DNA of 64,000 nucleotides. Source: Bdellovibrio sp. Its GTDB lineage: Bacteria; Bdellovibrionota; Bdellovibrionia; Bdellovibrionales; Bdellovibrionaceae. The stretch is taken from contig JAKFCY010000002.1 of NCBI GenBank assembly GCA_036676395.1, positions 1,216,001-1,280,000 of the forward strand. Direction: 5' to 3'. The position numbers and the translations under genes are program-made. This document shows positions 31,801 to 43,087 of the stretch, in pieces. The notes under the pieces were generated by a model, which saw nothing but the letters and a program-made list of their open reading frames with translations, was not told the DNA's origin and made no database searches. Each line of letters begins with the position of its first letter. The stretch's first letter is position 1.

Positions 31801-33933
31801 ATGAGCAAAAAACCCTACGTAAAAGCATCTGAGAAAAACTCAAGTAAACATCAAACGATTGAACAGAACGAGCCACTTTCGCCATTGCAATGGATGATTT
31901 GTGTTTTTGTAGTGATCATGCCGCTGTTGTTTTGTAAGTGGAATGATCAATCACCCTTTGAGATGATCAAGGCATATTTTTCGGCAGCTTCAATTACAGT
32001 TATTGCCGGAATATTTTTAGTTTCTCGCCTATTTAAAGAAAAAATCGAAATCAGATACAATATGTGGGTTTGGGGATTATTGATTTATCTTGCCGCCTAT
32101 ATGTTGTCATTTGCATTTGCAGGCCATCATTATAGTTCGCTATGGGGAGTGCTAAATCTTCCTGCCGGGTCAGTGATGACGGTTACAACATTTGTTATTA
32201 TGTCTTTGATATCGGTGCAAATCTTTTCGCACGAACATTCATTAAAAAAACTAGCGGCCTGTTTTGTTTTCTGTGCTTTTTTAATGTCGCTTTATGGAAT
32301 CCTTCAGCATTTTGGCGGTGATCCGATCAAATGGTGGGTCTATGCTTCTATGGAAGAGCGCGCTCTATCAACGATGGGTCAGTCTGTAGGTTATGGTACG
32401 GTGCTTGGCTGTTGTTTACCTTTATGTTTTGCTTTTTTTATTACCGCGCAGAATAGAAAAAAAGCAATTCTATGGGCGATTACATTTATCTGTATGAATC
32501 TTGGAATTTTATATTCAGGTTCACGTTTGCCGATTCTTGCTTATTTTCTTGTGATGGTGATCTTCTTAGGTTTTCTGGCTATTTTTAAAAGAAAACTCGC
32601 TGCTATTAGCTGGAAGCGTATTGCCATTGCCTATGCCATTATTATTTTAGCTAATGTGGCTTACTTTGCAGAACCTGGTCAGAACTCATTGCAGAATAAA
32701 CTTGGCGCTGAAGAAATCAAAAATGGCTATGGTACGCGATTTATTGTTTGGGGCACAGCGTTCGAAATGTGGAAGAAAAATCCATGGCTTGGCGTGGGCC
32801 CAGAGAACTTCGGTGAAGAATTCAACCACTTACAAACTGTTGAACAAAACTATGGTGAAAGCTGGAATCTTATTTGGCATAAGGCGCATAATGAATTTAT
32901 TCATTATTTAGCTACGACCGGGATTATTGGCTTTGCAGCTTACTTTTGGTTAATTATTTTAATGTTTATACCCGTCTTTAAAATTTTATTTCGTAAAGAG
33001 TGGGAAACTGATTACGTTTTTACAGTGGCCCTATTAGGAGGCTTTGGATTTTTATTAGCCACTCATATGACGGCATTTAGTTTTATTCCGACGTTAATGT
33101 TTTTCTATCTTTTTCCAGCGATGAATTTCAGTTTCGCAAATTTAGAAAAAACAAAAACCATTGAAAATAAATTATCAAAAACAGGTCGCTACATTGCAGT
33201 GGGAACAGTTACAGTGTTATTGACGTTTGTTGTTTATAAAGTAAATAACATTTGGCAAGCAGACATGAATTACAATGATTCGCGAAGACAGCTTGTGAAT
33301 TATGGCAATTTTGATAAAGCCAACGAGCTATTAGAAACGGCGATTAAGCAAAATCCGGGCAATGCTGAATATTGGTGTTTTAGAGCCGATATCTATTATA
33401 ACTTTTTAGTGCGTTCGGTGCGTGAACAAGGAGCGGCAGCAGAAGCTAAAAAACGCCAAATGTTTGATGAGGTCGTGAAGTCTTCAGATACGTGTGTGAA
33501 GATGGATGATCGCAAATCAGATCTATGGCGCGCCCGTGGAACGCTATTTATGTCGTTATCACAAATGGTTCCGCAAATGCTTGAAGGAAGCCTTGCCGCA
33601 TTTAAAAAGGCTGTCGAAGTGTATCCGAATAACCCATATAATCATATTTCTGTGGCCGGAGTGTATCGTCGTAAGGGGCGCAATGATTTGGCCATTGAAG
33701 AATTAAATATCGCTATCAGTAAACGCAGAGACATCATTCCGGCATACGTGGATTTGTTAAGTATTTATTATCAGGATAAGCGTTATAAAGATGTTCAAGA
33801 TCTGATAAATTCAGTGCGTGCTTTGAATATTCAAAAATCTGAGTTTCGTGTGCACATGCCAGTTATTATAAAACTAGCACGTGATAACAACGACCCTCAA
33901 ACAGCTCAAGCTTTTGAGTCGATGTTAAAATAA
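31801..33933 (+). CDS. O-antigen ligase/oligosaccharyltransferase-family membrane protein with C-terminal TPR domain
   Basis: About 12 TMs, YGILQ, SGSR, GVGPENF and KAHNEFIHYLATTGIIG (Wzy_C His motif), then TPR-like repeats (AIKQNPGNAEYW, AVEVYPNNPY). Confidence 0.8.
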   Translation: MSKKPYVKASEKNSSKHQTIEQNEPLSPLQWMICVFVVIMPLLFCKWNDQSPFEMIKAYFSAASITVIAGIFLVSRLFKEKIEIRYNMWVWGLLIYLAAYMLSFAFAGHHYSSLWGVLNLPAGSVMTVTTFVIMSLISVQIFSHEHSLKKLAACFVFCAFLMSLYGILQHFGGDPIKWWVYASMEERALSTMGQSVGYGTVLGCCLPLCFAFFITAQNRKKAILWAITFICMNLGILYSGSRLPILAYFLVMVIFLGFLAIFKRKLAAISWKRIAIAYAIIILANVAYFAEPGQNSLQNKLGAEEIKNGYGTRFIVWGTAFEMWKKNPWLGVGPENFGEEFNHLQTVEQNYGESWNLIWHKAHNEFIHYLATTGIIGFAAYFWLIILMFIPVFKILFRKEWETDYVFTVALLGGFGFLLATHMTAFSFIPTLMFFYLFPAMNFSFANLEKTKTIENKLSKTGRYIAVGTVTVLLTFVVYKVNNIWQADMNYNDSRRQLVNYGNFDKANELLETAIKQNPGNAEYWCFRADIYYNFLVRSVREQGAAAEAKKRQMFDEVVKSSDTCVKMDDRKSDLWRARGTLFMSLSQMVPQMLEGSLAAFKKAVEVYPNNPYNHISVAGVYRRKGRNDLAIEELNIAISKRRDIIPAYVDLLSIYYQDKRYKDVQDLINSVRALNIQKSEFRVHMPVIIKLARDNNDPQTAQAFESMLK

Positions 33934-34587
33934 TTATCTAACTAAAGTAATGCCCTCATCAGATACACTGATGAGGCGCTGCTTATACAAGCCGCCCAAA
34001 GCAACTTTGTATTTCTTTTTGCTAGCTCCAAAAATTTCATATATTTTTTCGGGGCTTGTTTTGTCATTTATAGCTAAAAAACCACCAGCTTTTTTAAGCT
34101 GTTCGATGATTTTTTCGCCGATATCTTGAGTTGCATGATGCCCAGGAGCACGTAATAAAAGGTCAATTTTATTATCTTCACGCAGTTTTGAAATAAACCC
34201 CTTAGTATGTTGACCAGTTTGCAGTGGAGTAAATACTTCATTTTTGTAAAGCATGCCGATTTTAGCGCCATCCACGATGCACTTATAACCTAATGGTGTC
34301 TCGTTAATGATAAATAAATCGACCTGTTGGCCAGGCTTTAAACCTTTTAAATCGGCGTTAGCGTGCTTTTCTAAGCGCATAGAAGCTAATAAGTCACGTT
34401 TGCCATTGGGATCCTCGCCCATAAACAACACAGTCATGATCTCGTTACCAACAGAAAGTTTATGCGTTTGTTCGCTCGCGGGCATGAAAAACTGATTTTG
34501 TTCATTGTCTTCTAAGGTGACCTCGTACGAGTTCATATCATTAACAAAAAGATTAAGAAAAGTGCCTGGCTTGTAAGTCATAAACAT
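33934..34587 (-). CDS. cvfB: CvfB-family S1 RNA-binding protein (short form)
   Basis: GMLYKNEVF, REDNKIDL, DKTSPEKIYEIFGASKKKYKVALGGLYK (winged-helix C-terminus). Confidence 0.8.
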   Translation of the reverse strand: MFMTYKPGTFLNLFVNDMNSYEVTLEDNEQNQFFMPASEQTHKLSVGNEIMTVLFMGEDPNGKRDLLASMRLEKHANADLKGLKPGQQVDLFIINETPLGYKCIVDGAKIGMLYKNEVFTPLQTGQHTKGFISKLREDNKIDLLLRAPGHHATQDIGEKIIEQLKKAGGFLAINDKTSPEKIYEIFGASKKKYKVALGGLYKQRLISVSDEGITLVR

Positions 34588-34684
34588 CAGATACAGCGCT
34601 TGCGATAGAAAGTAAAAGACATTATAGTTTAGAGACTCACTTTGTGAAAAATTTTAACTCCACTTTTAAGGAATCGTACGGCCT

Positions 34685-35635
34685 ATGAAAGTTCTAGAAC
34701 ATATCGATCGTGCTGCGGGCAAATCACCTCTTTTTAGCTATGAAATAGTTCCTCCACCAAGAGGCAGTTCTGCTAAAGACATCGTTGACGTCGTAGAAAA
34801 ATTAGCTGTCTTGCAACCGCCATGGATCGATGTGACTTCGCATTCGTCTTCGGCCTTTTATCAAGAAAAACAAGACGGGACGATCCAAAAGCGCACTTTG
34901 CGTAAACGCCCTGGAATGCTTGGTATTTGTGGGATCATTCAAAACCGCTTTAAAATTGATACAGTTGCTCACATGTTATGCCTGGGTTTTTCGAAAGAAG
35001 AAACCGAAGATGCATTAATTGAGTTAAATTTCTTAGGCATTGAAAACATCTTAGCTTTGCGCGGGGATGCGCCTAATTTTTCAAAACCTATTCGTGCTGA
35101 TCGCACGATGAATGCACAAGCTTCGGATTTGGTAAAACAGGTGCGTGAACTTCGTGATGGCCAGTTTTTAGATGATCTAGATAATTCATCGGCTTTAAAC
35201 TTCTGTGTAGGTGTTGCTGGTTATCCTGAAAAACATTTTGAAGCGCCAAGTTTAAAATTAGACATTCAAAATTTAAAGAAAAAAGTTGATGCCGGCGCTG
35301 ACTACATCGTAACGCAAATGTTTTTTGATAATAAAAAATATTTTGAGTTTGTTTCTCAATGCCGCGATGAAGGTATTAAAATACCCATTATTCCTGGTCT
35401 TAAGATGTTAAGATCTGAGCCGCAATTACGGTCTATTCCAAAAAATTTCTATATTGATATTCCTGATGAACTTGTCGATCAAGTGACCACTCACCCTAAA
35501 ATGGCAGCTGAGCATGGTAAAAACTGGATGAAAAAGCAAGTGCAAGGTCTTTTAGACGGCGGTGTGCCTTATGTGCATTTCTATGTTTTAAATAACGTCG
35601 ACGCCGTTTCTGAAGTTGTTAATAGCTTTCGCTAA
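34685..35635 (+). CDS. metF: 5,10-methylenetetrahydrofolate reductase
   Basis: [22 protein letters not shown] and [17 protein letters not shown]. Confidence 0.93.
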   Translation: MKVLEHIDRAAGKSPLFSYEIVPPPRGSSAKDIVDVVEKLAVLQPPWIDVTSHSSSAFYQEKQDGTIQKRTLRKRPGMLGICGIIQNRFKIDTVAHMLCLGFSKEETEDALIELNFLGIENILALRGDAPNFSKPIRADRTMNAQASDLVKQVRELRDGQFLDDLDNSSALNFCVGVAGYPEKHFEAPSLKLDIQNLKKKVDAGADYIVTQMFFDNKKYFEFVSQCRDEGIKIPIIPGLKMLRSEPQLRSIPKNFYIDIPDELVDQVTTHPKMAAEHGKNWMKKQVQGLLDGGVPYVHFYVLNNVDAVSEVVNSFR

Positions 35636-35646
35636 GGAATAATACT

Positions 35647-38600
35647 TTGAGCACATTACAAGAATTAAAAGATATTTTCAGCTCGCGCGTGGCGTTTATC
35701 GATGGTGCCATGGGCACGATGATTCAGTTAGAAAAATTATCTGAAGCTGATTACCGTGGTGAGCAATTTAAATCTCATGATAAAGACCTTAAGGGTAATA
35801 ACGATTTATTAGTTCTGACTAAGCCAGAAGTAATCTACAAAATTCATAAAGCTTACTTAGATGCCGGTGCTGATATTATTGAGACGAATACGTTCAACTC
35901 AACCAGTGTTGCTCAGGAAGATTACGGCTTAAGCCATATCGCTTTTGAATTAAATAAAGTAGCGGCAGAGGTGGCTAAAAAAGCCTGCGCTGATTTGTTT
36001 AAAGAAACAGGTCGAAAAGGCTACGTGGCAGGAACTCTTGGGCCCACGAATAAGACAGCCTCGCTAAGCCCGGATGTTAATAATCCAGCTTACCGTGCCA
36101 TTAAATTTGATGAGCTAGTTGCAACCTACAAAGAACAAATCGAAGGCTTACTGGCCGGCGGTTGCGATATTATCTTAGTTGAAACTATCTTTGACACGTT
36201 AAATGCGAAAGCGGCTTTATATGCTTTTGCTGATGTGAACGAAAAACATGGCGGAACAATTCCGTTAATGATTTCTGTTACGATCACAGATCTGAGCGGT
36301 CGCACGTTATCAGGCCAAACTGTTGAAGCTTTCTGGAACAGTATTTCGCACGCAAAACCACTAAGCGTTGGCATCAACTGCGCCCTTGGTGCTCGTGAAA
36401 TGCGCCCGTATATTAAAGAATTATCGCGCGTAGCTGATTGTTATATTTCTTGTTATCCGAATGCGGGCCTTCCTAATCCGTTGTCTCCGACAGGGTATGA
36501 TGAAACTCCTGAGTCATTGGCGTTTGATTTAGGTCAGATGATCGATGATGGTGCTGTTAATATTATTGGTGGCTGTTGCGGAACGACGCCAAAGCACATC
36601 GCAGCCCTTGTGGCGAATCACAAAGTTCGCAAAGGTCGCAACGAAACTGAATGGGCAAAGATCAATAAAAGCTGCCTGAACTTATCTGGCTTAGAACCGT
36701 TCAAACATGGCGCAAACTTTACCATGATCGGTGAGCGCACAAACGTAACCGGTTCAAAAAAGTTTGCTAACTTAATTAAAGATAAAAAATTTGACCAGGC
36801 CTTAGAAGTTGCAAAACAACAAGTTGAAAACGGCGCAAATATCATCGATATCAATTTTGATGAAGGTTTGCTGGATTCAAAAAATGTCATGATTCATTTC
36901 TTAAATTTATTAGCGGCAGAACCTGATATTGCTAAAGTTCCGATTATGGTGGATTCATCTAAATGGGAAGTCTTGCACGCCGGTCTTAAATGTTTACAAG
37001 GTAAAGCCGTAGTTAATTCAATCTCGCTTAAAGAGGGTGAAGAAGTTTTCTTAATGCAAGCCCGCGAAGTACAAAAGCTGGGTGCGGCAGTGATCGTTAT
37101 GGCCTTTGATGAAAACGGCCAAGCAGTAACTTGTGAAGAAAAAGTGCGTATTTGTAAACGTGCTTACGCACTATTAACTGAAAAATTAGATTTTAATCCC
37201 TGCGATATTATTTTTGATACCAATATCTTAACCGTAGGTACGGGTTTGGAAGAACATAACAACTACGGTGTTGAATTCATCAATGCCGTTCGTGAAGTTA
37301 AACAGCAATGCCCAGGGGTATGGACAAGTGGCGGTGTATCAAACTTAAGTTTTGCCTTCCGTGGTCAAGATTTCATCCGCGAAACGATGCACTCAGTTTT
37401 CTTATACCACGCCATTCAAAATGGTTTAGACATGGGTATCGTTAATGCCGGGATGATTTCTGTTTATGATGATATTAAACCAGAATTAAGAAATCTTCTT
37501 GAAGACATGGTCTTAAATCGCACTGATGATAGTACTGAGAAATTATTAGAGTATTCAAAAACCATCGGCCATAAAGCTGGAACCAAGATTGATGATTCAA
37601 GTAAATTAGAGTGGCGTAATCTTCCTTTAGAAGAAAGATTAAAACATTCTTTAGTGCTTGGCTTAGATCAGTTTATTAATGAAGACACAGCCGAAGCCCT
37701 AACTTTATTAGGACGCCCGATCAACGTGATCGAAGGCCCGTTAATGTCGGGTATGAAAGTGGTCGGTGATTTATTCGGCGTCGGTAAAATGTTTTTACCT
37801 CAGGTTGTTAAATCAGCGCGTGTAATGAAAAAAGCCGTGGCTTACTTAGAGCCCTTCTTATTAGAAGAAAAACTTAAAAATAAAGACATCACTGCCGGAA
37901 ACAAAAAAACCGTATTGATGGCCACCGTAAAAGGTGACGTACATGATATCGGTAAAAATATCGTAGGCGTTGTGCTTGCCTGTAACGGCTATGAAGTGAT
38001 CGATTTGGGAATCATGACCCCATTTCATAAAATTATCGATGCCATTAAAACGCATAAGCCTGATGTTATTGGCTTCAGTGGATTAATCACTCCATCTCTT
38101 GATGAAATGATTTTCAATTTATCTGAAATGAAAAAACAAGACATTCATCTTCCTGTATTAATCGGTGGGGCAACTACTTCACGCGTGCATACGGCAGTTA
38201 AGATGGATCCAGCGTACCTAGGCCCGGTCGTTCATGTGGCCGATGCTTCGCGCACGACTGAAGTTTTAAATAAACTTTTATCAGATGATCACAAAGTTAA
38301 AAATATTGCTGAGTATAAAGCTAATTCACAAACCGTGCGTCAAAGTTTCTTAGATTCTTACGATGAAAAAGACACTCTGCCTTTAGAAGAAGCCAGAGCT
38401 AAAAAATTTAAAGTCGATTGGTCGCAGGCTGATCTTCCGACACCTAAAACAACGGGGGTTCAGGAGCATCATGTTGAGCTTGCAGAACTTGCAGAATACA
38501 TCGATTGGTCTCCGTTTTTCTGGACTTGGGAATTAAAAGGGACTTACCCGAATATTCTTAAATCAGAAAAATACGGAGTAGAGGCGACAAAACTTTTCGA

Positions 38601-39279
38601 TGATGCGCAAAAGATGCTGAATGACTGGATTAAGAATAATCGCATTCAACCTAAGATTGTAACCGGATTATATGAAGCTGTGGCTACAGATGAAGAAGTT
38701 TCGATTTTTGCTGCTGATGATAAGCTGACACTGACTAAATCTGTATTAGAAAAGTTTCATTTCGAGCGTCAACAAAAAGTAAAAACCGTGAACAGCAATA
38801 TCCATTATTCGTTAGCCGATTTTATTTTAGATCAAAAGTACGCCGAAAGTTCAAAAACTTCGAAAAAAGATTATTTCGGATTTTTTGCGGTCACTGCTTC
38901 TGCAAAAGTCGAAGAAATCGCCAATAAATTTGAAGCTGAACATGATGATTACCATTCGATCTTAGCTAAAGCCATTGGTGACCGTATTGCCGAAGCTTGT
39001 GCTGAGTGGGCACACAAAAAAATGCGCGATAATTTTGGCTTTGGTTTAACCGAGAACTTAACCAAAGAAGAGATCATTAAAGAGAAATACCGTGGTATTC
39101 GCCCGGCCCCGGGCTATCCGTCGTGCCCGAACCATTCGCAAAAAGGCAAGTTCTGGAAGCTTTTAGATGTTGAAAAACGCACCCAAATCCAGTTAACTGA
39201 AACCTATGCTATGTACCCAGGGTCGAGTGTTTGTGGGTACTATTTGATGGGAAGCCATGCAAAATACTTCGCTATTTAA
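35647..39279 (+). CDS. metH: Cobalamin-dependent methionine synthase
   Basis: [37 protein letters not shown] (B12-binding) and [12 protein letters not shown] start after AAGGA. Confidence 0.97.
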   Translation: MSTLQELKDIFSSRVAFIDGAMGTMIQLEKLSEADYRGEQFKSHDKDLKGNNDLLVLTKPEVIYKIHKAYLDAGADIIETNTFNSTSVAQEDYGLSHIAFELNKVAAEVAKKACADLFKETGRKGYVAGTLGPTNKTASLSPDVNNPAYRAIKFDELVATYKEQIEGLLAGGCDIILVETIFDTLNAKAALYAFADVNEKHGGTIPLMISVTITDLSGRTLSGQTVEAFWNSISHAKPLSVGINCALGAREMRPYIKELSRVADCYISCYPNAGLPNPLSPTGYDETPESLAFDLGQMIDDGAVNIIGGCCGTTPKHIAALVANHKVRKGRNETEWAKINKSCLNLSGLEPFKHGANFTMIGERTNVTGSKKFANLIKDKKFDQALEVAKQQVENGANIIDINFDEGLLDSKNVMIHFLNLLAAEPDIAKVPIMVDSSKWEVLHAGLKCLQGKAVVNSISLKEGEEVFLMQAREVQKLGAAVIVMAFDENGQAVTCEEKVRICKRAYALLTEKLDFNPCDIIFDTNILTVGTGLEEHNNYGVEFINAVREVKQQCPGVWTSGGVSNLSFAFRGQDFIRETMHSVFLYHAIQNGLDMGIVNAGMISVYDDIKPELRNLLEDMVLNRTDDSTEKLLEYSKTIGHKAGTKIDDSSKLEWRNLPLEERLKHSLVLGLDQFINEDTAEALTLLGRPINVIEGPLMSGMKVVGDLFGVGKMFLPQVVKSARVMKKAVAYLEPFLLEEKLKNKDITAGNKKTVLMATVKGDVHDIGKNIVGVVLACNGYEVIDLGIMTPFHKIIDAIKTHKPDVIGFSGLITPSLDEMIFNLSEMKKQDIHLPVLIGGATTSRVHTAVKMDPAYLGPVVHVADASRTTEVLNKLLSDDHKVKNIAEYKANSQTVRQSFLDSYDEKDTLPLEEARAKKFKVDWSQADLPTPKTTGVQEHHVELAELAEYIDWSPFFWTWELKGTYPNILKSEKYGVEATKLFDDAQKMLNDWIKNNRIQPKIVTGLYEAVATDEEVSIFAADDKLTLTKSVLEKFHFERQQKVKTVNSNIHYSLADFILDQKYAESSKTSKKDYFGFFAVTASAKVEEIANKFEAEHDDYHSILAKAIGDRIAEACAEWAHKKMRDNFGFGLTENLTKEEIIKEKYRGIRPAPGYPSCPNHSQKGKFWKLLDVEKRTQIQLTETYAMYPGSSVCGYYLMGSHAKYFAI

Positions 39280-40549
39280 GCCTAAACTATTTAAGTCTAA
39301 ATTAGAATTAGCCCTTTTGTTGGTGGGTATTGTTTTGAGTTTATTGATGTTTAGAACATTAATGATTCACACAGATAATACCCAGTTGATGGATAAAGTG
39401 ATGCAGGTTAAAACCACGGGCACGTGGGTGCATCATGGTAATGCCGCAACTAAAATGGGATCACTGCCAGGAAGTTTTTTAACTGCCGCTACGGCCCTTC
39501 CGATGATGGTTTGGTTTTCGCCTTATGCCGCCTGCACGATTATTTTACTTTGTCATTTATTGGGTTATTTTTTCTTAAGATATTTAGGTTATAAGATAGA
39601 CCCTAATTTTAATCCGTTGTGGCTTGTGATTTTTTTTTGGTTAAACCCATGGCGGGTAGAGCAGTCTGAATTATATAATCCGGGGTATTTATTCTTATTT
39701 TCAGGCCTGCATTTGTGGAGTCTTTATCAGATGCGTGAACAGAAATCATTCTGGGCCAGCTTTTGGTTAGCGCTTTGTTTGGGTTTTTGTTTTCAGGTGC
39801 ATTTTTCGGTTTTGATTTTAGGAATTAGTTTTGCTTATTTGTTTTTCACAAAGAAAATCAAAGTGAATTATTGGGGAATCGTCGCTGGTTTAGCACTTGT
39901 TGCGCTATCGTTAGTGCCTTGGGCTTTGCAGTTGTTAGCTCAGCAGCAAACAGCTTTGAAGCCAGCCTCTGATACCTATATTGGCAAGAATTTTGTCTTG
40001 GTTTACCCGGTAATTAAAGCTTTGATTTATTTTTTTAGAATGGGATCAGTTTATTTTGGTCGCCATATTTTTTCTGAAATTAATTTTGATTGGGTTACTA
40101 TTGCTTGGCTTAAGTTAACTATTAGCTACATATTTCATACTTTAAAATGGGTATTAGCTTTGGTTACGCTTGTTTTATCTTTTCGGTTTTTTTACAGCCG
40201 TTTTCGCCATTATAAAAAAGAATTTCAACAAAGAAGTTTTATCGATCATTACATGATCTCGCTTTTTATTGGGGTATTCGGCGCAGCCAGCTTATCGCCA
40301 GTTGAATTCAACCACTGGCATTTTGTGTTATGTATGCCGGCGATCTTATTTTATATCACGCTTAAGCCTGAAGGTTATTTTATTAAAATCTGGGATAAGA
40401 AAAAAAATCAGATTTTAGCGACAACGGCCGTGGTTTTTATAGTTTGGAATATCTTTGCTAGTTTTGGCAGTCGTTCGCATTCGATTGAAAACGACTATGA
40501 GCTGGGTTTTAAGAAACACTATAAGCTGATTTCAGCTGAGCAGTTATAA
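39257..40549 (+). CDS. Polytopic membrane protein, possibly GT-C/ArnT-like
   Basis: About 11 TMs, an N-terminal loop with DN and a QVHFS motif; no firm family assignment. Confidence 0.45.
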   Translation: MQNTSLFKPKLFKSKLELALLLVGIVLSLLMFRTLMIHTDNTQLMDKVMQVKTTGTWVHHGNAATKMGSLPGSFLTAATALPMMVWFSPYAACTIILLCHLLGYFFLRYLGYKIDPNFNPLWLVIFFWLNPWRVEQSELYNPGYLFLFSGLHLWSLYQMREQKSFWASFWLALCLGFCFQVHFSVLILGISFAYLFFTKKIKVNYWGIVAGLALVALSLVPWALQLLAQQQTALKPASDTYIGKNFVLVYPVIKALIYFFRMGSVYFGRHIFSEINFDWVTIAWLKLTISYIFHTLKWVLALVTLVLSFRFFYSRFRHYKKEFQQRSFIDHYMISLFIGVFGAASLSPVEFNHWHFVLCMPAILFYITLKPEGYFIKIWDKKKNQILATTAVVFIVWNIFASFGSRSHSIENDYELGFKKHYKLISAEQL

Positions 40550-40645
40550 TCAGAATTTAAATCTATTGCCGCCACTGTGATTGCTCCGCAAAGCGGTTGA
40601 CTTTTTTATTAAAAACATGTAAATAATATGTAAATCAATAGTCTT

Positions 40646-40672
40646 AATGAAAATTTCATTGAAAAATTCAAT
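40646..40672. promoter_or_regulatory. Two adjacent inverted repeats (TGAAAATTTCA, TGAAAAATTCA), putative antitoxin operators
   Basis: AATGAAA-A-TTTCATT at 40646-40660 and ATTGAA-AAA-TTCAAT at 40658-40672; they overlap a TTGAAA-N16-TAAAAT promoter-like sequence. Confidence 0.55.
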
Positions 40673-40695
40673 AAAATATGTAAAATGAGGTAATA

Positions 40696-40938
40696 GTGCA
40701 TAATTCTGAAGTTGTCAGAGATCTGATCGCGAATGGTTTTTACTTATTAACAAAACATGCGCGCGAAAGAATGGCTGAGCGGAATATTACTCATATGGAT
40801 ATTCGTCAGTGTGCACGACATGGCATTATTGATTTGAAAGATGACAGGTATGTTATTGTTGGTAGAGATATCGATGCAGAACTATTAAAAATAATCTGTG
40901 TCTATGACGACGATGTATTAATCATTACAGTTTATTAA
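40696..40938 (+). CDS. DUF4258-family putative toxin (RelE-like RNase)
   Basis: TKHARERMAERNIT...YVIVG...LIITVY pattern; 80 aa; GAGG RBS. Confidence 0.75.
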   Translation: MHNSEVVRDLIANGFYLLTKHARERMAERNITHMDIRQCARHGIIDLKDDRYVIVGRDIDAELLKIICVYDDDVLIITVY

Positions 40939-40952
40939 AATCGAGGTTTGAA

Positions 40953-41363
40953 ATGAAAACATGGAAAGAAACATTAAGAAATGTCGTGCCCTTAGAGTAC
41001 ATTGTTTTTGTGGATGTTCCCATGAAAGAATCTAAAAGCGGCGATGTTATTAATTTAGCGCCTGAAGTTTTAGATTTACTAGCAGCTACGGCAGTTTTGC
41101 AGAATAAAATACCATTGCGTGGAAAAGAAGTTTTGTTTTTAAGAAAAGTTTTGGGATTATCTTTAGAAAAATTTGCCAATAAATTAGATTTATCATCAAG
41201 CACGGTTTTTCATTGGGAAAAAGCTGAGACGACCAGAATTTCATTGGTTAGTGAGCTTGCCGTACGAGTTTTTGTTGCTGAACAACTAAATATACCAATT
41301 TCTTATAAATTTTCTGATTTAGTCGGGGACAAGATCTGCGAATTAAAAGTCAAAGCGGTTTAA
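40953..41363 (+). CDS. XRE/Cro HTH protein, putative MqsA-like antitoxin
   Basis: LRGKEVLFLRKVLGLSLEKFANKLDLSSSTVFHWEK HTH; directly downstream of the DUF4258 gene. Confidence 0.75.
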   Translation: MKTWKETLRNVVPLEYIVFVDVPMKESKSGDVINLAPEVLDLLAATAVLQNKIPLRGKEVLFLRKVLGLSLEKFANKLDLSSSTVFHWEKAETTRISLVSELAVRVFVAEQLNIPISYKFSDLVGDKICELKVKAV

Positions 41364-41375
41364 AATAAAATTGTT

Positions 41376-41852
41376 TTAAGAAACGCTATAATTTAAACGT
41401 AGGCCCGTAGCTGCGGCTAGAGCAGCCAGTGAGCCAGCAATCCAAAGCGCAAACTCTATCAAGTGAATATCTGGAGCTTGCATCCAGAAAAAACCTGAAG
41501 TAACAGAAAAAATTATTCCTGAAAAAATAAATTTATTCGCAAACAACCATTCTTTTTCTGTGATTTTGAGCGGAAGCCAAATAGCCAATGCACTTGTTAA
41601 AGTTAAAAAAGCACCGCACGCAGCCTGACAGAATTCGTGTGAAACCTGCATAAATAAACTTGTTAAACCATAATGACCATTTGAAAAAAGTCCTAAGCCA
41701 AACTGCGGACAAATGGCCATAACAAAAGCTGTTGCTAGCATATGTATTACCAGTAGACGGGGCAAAAACTTAAAAGGATTCACTTCAGGAAATAAATCTT
41801 TCTTAATATTTTGGAGAATTTTATTTTTGGTACTAAGATCAAAATTTTCCAT
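41376..41852 (-). CDS. Small membrane protein, putative anti-sigma factor
   Basis: 1 bp downstream of the ECF sigma gene; about 4 TMs with His/Cys residues (CPQFG, HEFCQAACG). Confidence 0.6.
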   Translation of the reverse strand: MENFDLSTKNKILQNIKKDLFPEVNPFKFLPRLLVIHMLATAFVMAICPQFGLGLFSNGHYGLTSLFMQVSHEFCQAACGAFLTLTSALAIWLPLKITEKEWLFANKFIFSGIIFSVTSGFFWMQAPDIHLIEFALWIAGSLAALAAATGLRLNYSVS

Positions 41853-41853
41853 A

Positions 41854-42387
41854 CTATCCTTTTAGCTTTTGTATCGCGCGAGAAATAATTTTTCGCACGT
41901 TAGTTTCAGTTAATCCCAAAGCCTCTGCGATTTCGCTAAATTCTTTTTCAGCAAAATAGCGTAAATCGACTGCCGCTTTTTCTTTGTCATTTAAAGACGA
42001 TAGATCCAGCTCTTTAGCCTCTTGTTGATGAATAGGATTCGTAGTCTTGTTTTGTGACAGATCAGCGAATAATTCATAATCTTTAATATAATCGCCGTAA
42101 ATAGCTGATTTCTTACGATAATCTTTAGCTTCAGATTTTGTAATGATAAATAGCCAGGCCATCGGCGAATAATCTGGGTTGTATTTATCGCGCTTGTTAT
42201 AGATCTGCGAATAAACAATCTGAACAATGTCTTCGCTGTCCTGCGAAGAAAGTCCTTTTTTGCGACAGTACGAAAACACCACATGCGCTGTTTCACGATA
42301 AAACAATTCTAGCGCAGAAGACTGTTCAGTCGAATTGGCTGCATTTTTGAGTGCTAATAAAATATTAGGTCGTAAATCGTTTGTCAC
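41854..42387 (-). CDS. ECF RNA polymerase sigma factor
   Basis: Region 2 (DSEDIVQ, AWLFII, DYRKK) and region 4 (LRYFAEKEFSEIAEALGLTETNVRKIISRA). Confidence 0.88.
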   Translation of the reverse strand: MTNDLRPNILLALKNAANSTEQSSALELFYRETAHVVFSYCRKKGLSSQDSEDIVQIVYSQIYNKRDKYNPDYSPMAWLFIITKSEAKDYRKKSAIYGDYIKDYELFADLSQNKTTNPIHQQEAKELDLSSLNDKEKAAVDLRYFAEKEFSEIAEALGLTETNVRKIISRAIQKLKG

Positions 42388-42437
42388 AAATCATTATTCC
42401 TAAACCTAGTAGATAGTGAACCGACTTAAGGAGTCAA

Positions 42438-43076
42438 ATGTTAACCCATAAAATTAAAATACTTATAGCCTCAATTGTTTTTTCGGCCTTTCAGCTAAAC
42501 GCTCATCCGGTGATTTATAAAGGTGGTTTCGATGTAGAAACTGAATCTAGTCCTATGATGACTAATCTTATGACCGCTTATACTTTTCATTCGCAGGCGT
42601 CGGTGGGCTTTGAATATTTTAAATACTTACCAGTAAGTTTGCCAGGGTCGCGTGAATTTTATTTTGCTAAATTTAATTACCGGCCATTTCGGTTAAATGC
42701 AGACGATAGTCAGGCTAATATTTATTTAAGTGTTGGTTCAGGCCAGCAGCGCAAAGATAACGAACTTACGAGTTCTTCAATTGGTGAGTTTCATGCGGAC
42801 TGGGAAAGTCGTGATTATTACGTTTCCGGTTTTCAAAAATATATTTCTTTAAAAGATGAAGATCCTTTATGGCTTTCGCGAGCACGCCTAGGTTTTTCTC
42901 CGTTTCGTGCAGATTATAATGACGTAAATATTTGGTTTATTACACAGTTTGAAAAAACAAATGGAGAACATTGGGAAACGACGCCTCTAATGCGAACTTT
43001 TTATAAAAATATTTTGTGGGAACTTGGCGCAAGTCTTAACGGAAATTACCTATTAAATTTCATGATTCATTTATAA
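42438..43076 (+). CDS. Exported hypothetical protein, likely outer-membrane beta-barrel
   Basis: Signal peptide ending LNA-HP, amphipathic aromatic strands and C-terminal YLLNFMIHL. Confidence 0.55.
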   Translation: MLTHKIKILIASIVFSAFQLNAHPVIYKGGFDVETESSPMMTNLMTAYTFHSQASVGFEYFKYLPVSLPGSREFYFAKFNYRPFRLNADDSQANIYLSVGSGQQRKDNELTSSSIGEFHADWESRDYYVSGFQKYISLKDEDPLWLSRARLGFSPFRADYNDVNIWFITQFEKTNGEHWETTPLMRTFYKNILWELGASLNGNYLLNFMIHL

Positions 43077-43087
43077 GGAGAAATCAT

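Noticed and set aside
34588..34684. SAM or cobalamin riboswitch upstream of metF-metH
   Set aside because: The gap is only 97 bp, shared with a divergent gene, and shows no recognisable aptamer motif.
41854..42387. CorE-type metal-binding ECF sigma factor
   Set aside because: There is no Cys-rich C-terminal extension; any metal sensing would more likely reside in the adjacent membrane protein.
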